From the NCBI GenBank assembly GCA_023247705.1, contig JAHFFY010000003.1, positions 14,067-78,066 of the forward strand: a stretch of 64,000 nt of DNA. The letters are read 5' to 3'. A program made the position numbers and the translations under genes. The stretch comes from Candidatus Omnitrophota bacterium. GTDB lineage: Bacteria > Omnitrophota > Gorgyraeia > Zapsychrales > JAHFFX01. Below are positions 40,971 to 48,089 of this stretch, piece after piece. Each line of letters starts with the position of its first letter. Within the stretch, counting starts at the first letter, position 1. The notes below the pieces were generated by a model. The model saw only the letters and a list, made by a program, of their open reading frames with translations. It was not told where the DNA came from and made no database searches.

Positions 40971-41603
40971 CTAATTCGCGAAAGCCAAAACTTCCCAATT
41001 GATCGTAATATGCTCGCTGACAATGATCCCTCCGTGATCCAAAATTTTATTCCAGATGATCTTGAAATCTTTTCGGTTCATAATCCAAGTCCCTTGAGCG
41101 CGGATGACATCCTTGCCCTGGTCATCCTTGAGCGGCACCGTTGCATCGAAAGGAAAAGATATCTCCTGCTCCACGCCGTGGATCTTCAATAAACCTTTGG
41201 CCAGATAAGCGTTATTCTTTTTGATAATATCTTTACTCTTGAAAGTGATGTCCGGATATTCGGCGACATCTAATAAATATCTCGACCGGACGATCCGGTC
41301 GAGCTTGGGGTATCTTGATTTCACGCTAACCGTGTTGATGTTCAACGCGACGGAAGAGATCATCCCCTTTTGGGGGTCGAACAAAAGACTGCCTTCGAAA
41401 TCCTGAAAATCCGCCTTGTACTGGCCGATCACCGTGTAACGGATGGCCCCGTGGATCGCGGAAGATTTAGCATCAAAATGATACGGATGTGCAGCGAGCG
41501 CTTGGTTAATCAAGACCAAACAAAAAATAAGATTGAAAACAATCAGAGCGCTGATTCTCTGATTCAAATTAAAATTGTTTTTACTATTTGAACACTTTAT
41601 CAA
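40971..41603 (-). CDS. YceI-family polyisoprenoid-binding protein
   Basis: YPDITFKS, G.LKIHGV and NRKDF motifs; signal peptide. Confidence 0.85.
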   Translation of the reverse strand: MIKCSNSKNNFNLNQRISALIVFNLIFCLVLINQALAAHPYHFDAKSSAIHGAIRYTVIGQYKADFQDFEGSLLFDPQKGMISSVALNINTVSVKSRYPKLDRIVRSRYLLDVAEYPDITFKSKDIIKKNNAYLAKGLLKIHGVEQEISFPFDATVPLKDDQGKDVIRAQGTWIMNRKDFKIIWNKILDHGGIIVSEHITINWEVLAFAN

Positions 41604-44600
41604 GGATATTTCCTAACAATTTTTCTGCGGGTGATTCTTGGTTTTGTTGATCCGGATTTTCTTGCGCTGGACTTTCGGTTCCTCCTTGATTATTCTCAGG
41701 CGGCGAAGATTGGTCCTCGATTTTGATGTATTTCCCGATCAGTTGTTTGACTCCTTTTTGGATTTCTCCCTTGATTTCGTTATTGATCCCTTTCTTGATC
41801 AAATATTCCAGATCAACCGAAGGCTTGATATCGGGATATTTTCCCGTCCATTTGACGGGAAACGTAATCTGTTGTTCGTCGTTAAAAAGAAGATTTAATT
41901 GCGGAACAATCGCGACCATGTTCGCGGAAAGATCGACCGGGATCAGAAACAAAGTGTTTAATGCAACCGCTTGATCAAAACCAACATTCCCCTGGCCGTT
42001 GAGCAAGAAACCGTCGGCGTCGACATCCAGGGGCTCGATAACGATGCTGCCGCCGGCGATTTTCGTTTGCAATTGGGCTTTGTTCAGAGTGGTGTCTTTC
42101 TGCGTTAACTTTTGTTTGTACTGATCCGGCAAGGAAGCTTCAATCTGGGCAACCAGATTCGGGAACAAAGAAAGTTTATCGAGGACTTCTTTAAGAATGT
42201 TGATGTCGGTCAGGCGGCCGTCTGCCACCTCCAGTTGGCCCTCTCCTTGCAGTGCATCCAAAATCTTTCGAGGATCAAACCCTTGTCCTTTCACACTGTA
42301 CTGGCCGTTGAGGGTTCCTTGCAATTGGATCAGCTGTTTTTTCTGGTCGATCAGTTTTTCCAACGCCAAGCCTTTAACATCCAGTTGCGCGTTGAATCGC
42401 TGCGCGCTGGCACCCGTGCCCAGGTAGTCGTCGACAGCTCCCATCGCCTTGATCGTCCCTTCTGCGATCTTGGCGGAAAAGTCTTCCAGGTTGAAACGCG
42501 TCGCTGTCGCGGCAAACAGCGCGTGGACGGATTCTAACGGCAAAAGGATCTGGGGAAGGGCCGCGTGACCGTCAGTCAATTCACCTTTTAAATCCAAAGA
42601 CGTCAATCCCTTTGCTGTGGCCTCGAGCTGAGCAAACGTGAGATTCAGTTGACCCTGTAAATTTTCTAGTAGAGCAGCGGTTTCGGAAATGTTGAGCGCC
42701 GCGTAAATTTTGGCCAGAGACAAACGCGCGCAATCGACCTGGACGCTAGAATCTTTAAACCGTACAATCTGATCCGACGCGTCGATCTGTCCTTGTCCCG
42801 TTAAAGACACATTGGGCTCGTTACCAAACACCGCTAACGTCCCGGTAAATTGAAACGGATCCTGGAACGAAACATCAAAAAACTTAAAATCGATTTGCGA
42901 AGCGTCCAGCGCAACCCCCGTGGCAGGATTTTTGATCCGGATTTTTCCATGGGTCAACTGGGCGTCGAGCTTAAGTGTCTCTAATCCTTTCGCCCCGGCG
43001 GAGAGATCACGGATTTTGGCCTCAAACTTTCCTTCTAAAATCTCCGGCAACGGAACGTCTTTGACCTGTGCGACCGATGCCTTCAGTGCTTCCAAAGACA
43101 CCTTCGAGAAATCCACCGAACAAACGGCGTCGTGCAAATGAACAGACTTGGCAGCTAAATCGAACTTGGCCGAACTCTCCAAGGAAAAATTCTGTTCCGC
43201 GCCCCAGAGAACACCCTTGAGCGTCAACGCAAAAGGATCGTTCCCTAAAGAAAAATCTTTAACCTGCAGTTCCAGTTGAGAGGCATCCAGCGTAACCCCC
43301 GCCACGACATCCTTGATCACCACCGCCCCATCGGTAATCTGCGAATTAAGCGACAACTCGTCAATGCCCTGCGGTGACATCGCGAAATCTTTCACATCCA
43401 CAAACAATTTTCCGTCCAAACGTTGCGGCCACGGGGAATTCTTTAAAACGGGCAACGCGTCGTGAATATTCTGTAAAGGTAATTGCGACAGATTGGATTC
43501 GATCTGAACATCTTCGAGGTGGATGTTCTGGTCCGCCAGATTGAGCTTGCCTGTTCCTTCAACGGAAAGATTGGGCTCGCCTCCAAAGACCGCCCCTTTT
43601 AAAGTAAAACTAAAGGGATCACCCAACAACGAAAAATCCCGCAACTGCACATCCAGATGTGTCGCGTTCACAGAAATCCCGGGCGCAACTTCTTTCACAT
43701 TTATCTCGCCGTTCGAAAATTCGGCATCGAAGACCATCGGACCGAGTCCTTTGGGACTCACGACCAATTCCCGTAATTTCAGCTGTAATTTCCCTTTTAA
43801 TAAATCAGGGAATGGCTTTCCCTTCAACACCGCTAAAGACGATTTTAGCCGCTCCAGCGGCAACAGCCACAAGTCGCTGACAATCGTCGTGTCGCGCAGT
43901 TGAATCGATTGCGTCTGAGGATCGTAATTAGCTGCCCCCTCCAGCGAAACATTGGGTTGATCGGCGAAGACCGCTGCTTGAAGCTGGATCTTGAACGGAT
44001 TTCCTTTCAAAGAAAAATCCGATAACTTCAAATCAATCTGGGACGCGGCGATCGCGACTCCCGGCGTTAAGTCCCGGATTTTGATCGCCCCCTCTTTCCA
44101 TTCCAGATCGGAAAGGATGTCGAGACCGTTGGGTCCGCTCTTAAAATCCTTGATCGTCAATTCCAGATTCCCGGATAAAGTATTCAGGAAAGGGATTTGC
44201 TTAAACAGGGTAAACGACGTCTGCAGTTGTTGCAAAGGCAAATGCTCCAGATCGACGGCGATTTTCGTGTCGCTCAACTCCACATTCCGGGCCGCCGCAT
44301 CGAAACGTGCGGAACCTTGCGCCGAAAAATTCCGTTCCTGCGCGAACGCCGCGGCCTGCAAATCGAACTGAAACGGCTGGCCATTCAATGAAAAATTACT
44401 CACGTTACAATCAACCTGTGAAGCGTCGACCGAAATTCCCGGCGCAACCTCCTTCATCACGATTCTGCCCCCGGCCAGATCTAAATCCAAATGGACCGCC
44501 CCTAACCCTTGAGGCCCGGCCACAAGATCCTTCACATAAAATTGAAATCTTCCGTTCAACGTTTCCGGCCAGGGAACATCTTTCGCCTGCGCGTTTAAAA

Positions 44601-45405
44601 TCCCGTTAACACGATCCCACAGGGATGCCGTCAAATCCATCTGGATCTTTGTGTCGCGGACACGGATTTGCTGCGACCTCGGATCAATCTGAATCTCTCC
44701 ATCGCTCAAGAATTTATTCTGCTGATCCCCCAGAAACGCTTCCAGAGAGAATGAAAAAAGTTTATTCAATGAAAACCGCTGCGCTTTAAAAACGATCTGA
44801 CTGACCTCCAGCGGTTCTTTGAGCGCAACCGACTGATCGATCAAATCAACAGTCCCTCCTTCCAAAACAATATCGTCAATAAAAATCAACGGCAACGCAG
44901 AGGTCTTTGTCGGGCTTGGAGCAAAACGAACGGAATTTTGCTGTGGCGGGTTTGAATTGGAAAATTTGTCATCCGAAGAATCCCCGGTCGATGGCCCGGG
45001 CTTTCCAATGGTCTGAATATTAAACGAACCATCTTCATGACGGATGATCGTGATCTTCGGCGATTTAATCTCAATTTTCGAAAGGGCGATCTGCCGACTG
45101 ATCAGATAAGCCAGGGCATCGATCCCGCAACTGACTTCTTCCACCTTCAAAAAATGTTCATTCGCAAAATCCGGGTCATCGCTCATCGTCAATTGATCGA
45201 CTTTAAACCAGATCCCTTTTTTAAACGAAGCATTCAATGTCATCTGTTTGAAATCGACCTTGCGCCCCAAGGCCTTTTGAGCGGCGGCGATGATTTGCGG
45301 TTTATAACGGTTCACATCGAAGGTCTTCAGGAAAATGACGAGACCGATTCCCATCACAAGGATCAGGACACCTAATGTTATCAGGATCATTCTTAAAATT
45401 TTCAT
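41584..45405 (-). CDS. Very large AsmA family protein with six ~127-aa tandem repeats
   Basis: TFDVNRYKPQI...ALGRKV AsmA-N; repeats at about 42555-44838; C-terminal AsmA-like region (GEGQL..ADG.L..INI). Confidence 0.85.
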   Translation of the reverse strand: MKILRMILITLGVLILVMGIGLVIFLKTFDVNRYKPQIIAAAQKALGRKVDFKQMTLNASFKKGIWFKVDQLTMSDDPDFANEHFLKVEEVSCGIDALAYLISRQIALSKIEIKSPKITIIRHEDGSFNIQTIGKPGPSTGDSSDDKFSNSNPPQQNSVRFAPSPTKTSALPLIFIDDIVLEGGTVDLIDQSVALKEPLEVSQIVFKAQRFSLNKLFSFSLEAFLGDQQNKFLSDGEIQIDPRSQQIRVRDTKIQMDLTASLWDRVNGILNAQAKDVPWPETLNGRFQFYVKDLVAGPQGLGAVHLDLDLAGGRIVMKEVAPGISVDASQVDCNVSNFSLNGQPFQFDLQAAAFAQERNFSAQGSARFDAAARNVELSDTKIAVDLEHLPLQQLQTSFTLFKQIPFLNTLSGNLELTIKDFKSGPNGLDILSDLEWKEGAIKIRDLTPGVAIAASQIDLKLSDFSLKGNPFKIQLQAAVFADQPNVSLEGAANYDPQTQSIQLRDTTIVSDLWLLPLERLKSSLAVLKGKPFPDLLKGKLQLKLRELVVSPKGLGPMVFDAEFSNGEINVKEVAPGISVNATHLDVQLRDFSLLGDPFSFTLKGAVFGGEPNLSVEGTGKLNLADQNIHLEDVQIESNLSQLPLQNIHDALPVLKNSPWPQRLDGKLFVDVKDFAMSPQGIDELSLNSQITDGAVVIKDVVAGVTLDASQLELQVKDFSLGNDPFALTLKGVLWGAEQNFSLESSAKFDLAAKSVHLHDAVCSVDFSKVSLEALKASVAQVKDVPLPEILEGKFEAKIRDLSAGAKGLETLKLDAQLTHGKIRIKNPATGVALDASQIDFKFFDVSFQDPFQFTGTLAVFGNEPNVSLTGQGQIDASDQIVRFKDSSVQVDCARLSLAKIYAALNISETAALLENLQGQLNLTFAQLEATAKGLTSLDLKGELTDGHAALPQILLPLESVHALFAATATRFNLEDFSAKIAEGTIKAMGAVDDYLGTGASAQRFNAQLDVKGLALEKLIDQKKQLIQLQGTLNGQYSVKGQGFDPRKILDALQGEGQLEVADGRLTDINILKEVLDKLSLFPNLVAQIEASLPDQYKQKLTQKDTTLNKAQLQTKIAGGSIVIEPLDVDADGFLLNGQGNVGFDQAVALNTLFLIPVDLSANMVAIVPQLNLLFNDEQQITFPVKWTGKYPDIKPSVDLEYLIKKGINNEIKGEIQKGVKQLIGKYIKIEDQSSPPENNQGGTESPAQENPDQQNQESPAEKLLGNILDKVFK

Positions 45406-45706
45406 TTTATTTGTTCATCCGTCTTGCCCCGCTGTATTTCTGATCAAAGAATAGTGGGAACGGATAGGGAATGGCGAGATTATCGAATTTTTTCTTACCC
45501 AAATATTATATTTTAAGGAATTAAAATCAGAACACATCCGGATGATTTCGCCATTTAGTATAAAGGGGATTTAAAAAGTCATCAAGCAAATTTTTCTTCC
45601 CGGAAACAAATTACCCCTGCGAATTCCCTTATATTATTTAGGGAAGCCACAAGGGCTTGGGGAACAAACTCAGGTTTATTGATTCTTTGAATATCTGGTG
45701 CACTAA

Positions 45707-45788
45707 TACTTTGTCAAACCCGTTTTTAATAGTTGATCCCTCTATCCTTTGCAGGAAATCAACTATTAAAAACAAAATTGACAAAGTA
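45707..45788 (+). mobile_element. MITE-A copy 2 (82 bp)
   Basis: TACTTTGTCAA...TTGACAAAGTA flanked by CTAA (45703-06) and CTAA (45789-92); internal IR gtttttaatagttgat/atcaactattaaaaac. Confidence 0.92.
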
Positions 45789-45968
45789 CTAACGAACTAA
45801 TTTGGAAAGCTTATAGTGATGATCGAGCTTTTTAGATTGAACGAATTGGTTCGCTACAAGACCAACCGGCAACATGTAAGAAAGAATGATAATAAAAATC
45901 GCGATCTTTCTTAAATGACAGAACAGCGCCTCTTCAAAGATGTTTTCGATTTTTCTATTTGTACTCAT
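45789..45968 (-). CDS. Unannotated 59-aa single-TM small protein
   Basis: MSTNRKIENIFEEALFCHLRKIAIFIIILSYMLPVGLVANQFVQSKKLDHHYKLSKLVR*; strong SD AAAGGAGA; own promoter and leader; the stop TAG coincides with the MITE target site. Confidence 0.7.
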   Translation of the reverse strand: MSTNRKIENIFEEALFCHLRKIAIFIIILSYMLPVGLVANQFVQSKKLDHHYKLSKLVR

Positions 45969-45985
45969 GGAGAAATCTCCTTTCT

Positions 45986-46090
45986 AAAAAATAAAACCCC
46001 GTATCCAAACGAATACGAGGCTTCAACGCCTGACTTGACGGACAACAAAAAACCTCTAAGACTTCTTTGCCTTAGAGGACGCCATTGCCC
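45986..46090 (-). promoter_or_regulatory. Tandem attenuator leader: two intrinsic terminators, each overlapped by an ANTAR-like hexaloop hairpin
   Basis: GGGC-AATGGC-GTCC overlaps CCTCTAAGGC-AAAGAA-GTCTTAGAGG-T6; AGGC-GTTGAA-GCCT overlaps GCCTCGTATTC-GTTT-GGATACGGGGT-TTTATTTTTT. Confidence 0.65.
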
Positions 46091-46141
46091 TTTTTAAAAA
46101 CTGCATTTGTATAACAATTTCTTTGCTAAATGACAATGATA

Positions 46142-46170
46142 AATATATACGGAATGTTTGATTCTGTCAA
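46142..46170 (-). promoter_or_regulatory. Sigma70 promoter for the attenuated small-protein gene
   Basis: TTGACA-N17-TATATT. Confidence 0.75.
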
Positions 46171-46215
46171 TAAATTTTTTCCGATTCGTGTTTCTTCCAA
46201 AACGGTCCCGGAAGG

Positions 46216-46650
46216 TTAACTCCGCAAGTTGATGGCGACGACATTTACCCTTCTTTTGAATACTCTCGGGATTCGGCGCAGGCTGCGCTTGAGTTTCGCT
46301 TCAAATTTGATCCAAAGACTTAACACATGCACGCTCAACAACACCGCTGCAAGCGTCAAAATAGAAATGAGGAATGGACGTATTTTCAATACGTTTGCCG
46401 AGGAAGCATGTTGGGCATTAATACGCTGTAAAGGTACTGCATGATTAATCAACCAACCGAGGAATAACCCGGTCAGCCAGAACCCCAAAAAGATTCCTCC
46501 CGTAATAAACAGCTGAAACAAAACAAATCTCCATCTTCGTTTATTTCCTTTCCCTCCGATCGTCCGATAGAGTTCAATAAAAGGGATCAATAAAGACGTT
46601 AACAAATAAAAAATCCCGCCGATGCCCGTTCCCGGAAGTCCAGCAATCAT
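46216..46650 (-). CDS. Small membrane protein downstream of the GT2
   Basis: GLPGTGIGGIFYLL N-terminus; 3 TMs; starts 3 nt after the GT2 stop. Confidence 0.65.
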   Translation of the reverse strand: MIAGLPGTGIGGIFYLLTSLLIPFIELYRTIGGKGNKRRWRFVLFQLFITGGIFLGFWLTGLFLGWLINHAVPLQRINAQHASSANVLKIRPFLISILTLAAVLLSVHVLSLWIKFEAKLKRSLRRIPRVFKRRVNVVAINLRS

Positions 46651-46653
46651 GGG

Positions 46654-47754
46654 TTAGTGTCCTTTCTCGTAGACATTAAATGTTTTCTTTAAAACAAATT
46701 CGCTCCACAACGCTTCCAACATAAAAATACTGTTGACCGTCCGCAAAATAAAAAACGCGGGGATGCTGGCCAAAACCCGGACGACTTCTTTGCGTTCGAT
46801 CCCCTTTAATAAAGTCGGGATCAAGACCGCCGGGACATCGATCACATAACCTAACAATAAAAGAGGATTCCGCCAAATAATCGCGAGCAACGGCAAAATA
46901 ATCAGATAGACTAAAGACGCCACGATGGCGTCCCAAAGCGCAACCGCGATAATCGAACGTAAATAGGGAAATTGCAAGATCCCTTTCCAGTGCAATTTGA
47001 CATTTTGCACAAATCCATGCGACCATCGCTTGAGCTGTTTTTTCATAAACAGGAAATTATGCGGTTCGATGGGATAACACAGCGCGGAACCGACAAAACG
47101 CACCCGGTAACCGGCCTGATAAAAACTCCACGTCAAGTCCATGTCCTCGGCCAATGTCCTGGTCGGCCACCCCTTCATCTGCCGCAACACGTCCGTCCGG
47201 TAGACGGAAAAACAGCCTGAAGAGATCAACGGTTTATCGTAATAATCCTGGATCGGCTTAAAGAAAGTAAACGCAAAAAGATATTCAATATAACGTCCGC
47301 GTTCCCAGATGGTCTGGATACACCGCGGGATCACAAAGCCGCATGCCGCCGCAACGGCTGAATCTTCCAAAGCCACTAAAAATTTTTCAATCGCATCCGG
47401 GGCCAGGGTCGTGTCCGCGTCGATCGCCATTGTTAATTCGGTTTGAACATACTGCAAAGCGAAATTCTGGGCGCCCGCCTTGGAGCCGGTATTTTTAGGC
47501 GGACGAATCACAGTGACGCCCAACGACCGGGCAATGTCTCCCGTGTTATCGCTGGAAAAATCATCGACCACAATAATCTCTTCTGCCGGAAGGCTCTGGC
47601 ATTGGAGACTAAGAATCGTATCCGCGATGCTTTTAGCTTCGTTATAGGCAGGAATGATAATCGTGAGATGACTTTTCACGAACTCTGATTGAAGAAGTGA
47701 TTCCGGCCACCAATGTAGTTGTTGTTCAGAAAAATCTATTCTGCTAAGAACCAT
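46654..47754 (-). CDS. Processive GT2 glycosyltransferase (cellulose synthase/PgaC-like catalytic core)
   Basis: IPAYNE, VVDD, DADT, AEDMD and QLKRW (D,D,D,QxxRW). ATG 47754 has SD AAGGAA; the ORF-track TTG start overlaps the terminator U-tract. Confidence 0.88.
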   Translation of the reverse strand: MVLSRIDFSEQQLHWWPESLLQSEFVKSHLTIIIPAYNEAKSIADTILSLQCQSLPAEEIIVVDDFSSDNTGDIARSLGVTVIRPPKNTGSKAGAQNFALQYVQTELTMAIDADTTLAPDAIEKFLVALEDSAVAAACGFVIPRCIQTIWERGRYIEYLFAFTFFKPIQDYYDKPLISSGCFSVYRTDVLRQMKGWPTRTLAEDMDLTWSFYQAGYRVRFVGSALCYPIEPHNFLFMKKQLKRWSHGFVQNVKLHWKGILQFPYLRSIIAVALWDAIVASLVYLIILPLLAIIWRNPLLLLGYVIDVPAVLIPTLLKGIERKEVVRVLASIPAFFILRTVNSIFMLEALWSEFVLKKTFNVYEKGH

Positions 47755-47776
47755 CTTTTGTTCCTTGACGATATAC

Positions 47777-47813
47777 AAAAAAAACCAATGCCAAAGTCAA
47801 TTGAGGCATTGGT
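47777..47813 (-). terminator. Intrinsic terminator in the GT2 5' leader
   Basis: ACCAATGCC-N12-GGCATTGGT followed by 7 further T. Confidence 0.75.
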
Positions 47814-47824
47814 ATTAAGAATGA

Positions 47825-47853
47825 AGTGTATGGTAAATTACCCCAAATGTCAA
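47825..47853 (-). promoter_or_regulatory. Sigma70 promoter upstream of the GT2
   Basis: TTGACA-N17-TACACT. Confidence 0.75.
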
Positions 47854-48056
47854 GTTTTGATCTCAAAGAATGTTAGTGATGGACTACGCAGCGGTTTGAT
47901 GCGTCTTTGAGAACAATGCCTATAAAACATTTGCCATTGACCCCAAAAAGCGTATTGCGGCTGGATGAGCGCGGCGCCATACACGCCAAACGTCTTCTGA
48001 GCGATCTGAGTCCAGTTATACTTTTCGTTGATCTTCCGTTGTTGTTGGGAGAGCAA
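47850..48056 (-). pseudogene. C-terminal remnant of a GT4-type glycosyltransferase
   Basis: RKINEKYNWTQIAQKTFGVY matches the last helix of GT-B/GT4 enzymes; no preceding domain. Confidence 0.45.
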
Positions 48057-48089
48057 TCACTGCTCTTGCCAGAGTGACCTTAGAAATTC

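Noticed and set aside
45915-46097. 60-aa plus-strand ORF
   Set aside because: Antisense to the attenuator leader and the better-supported minus-strand 59-aa ORF.
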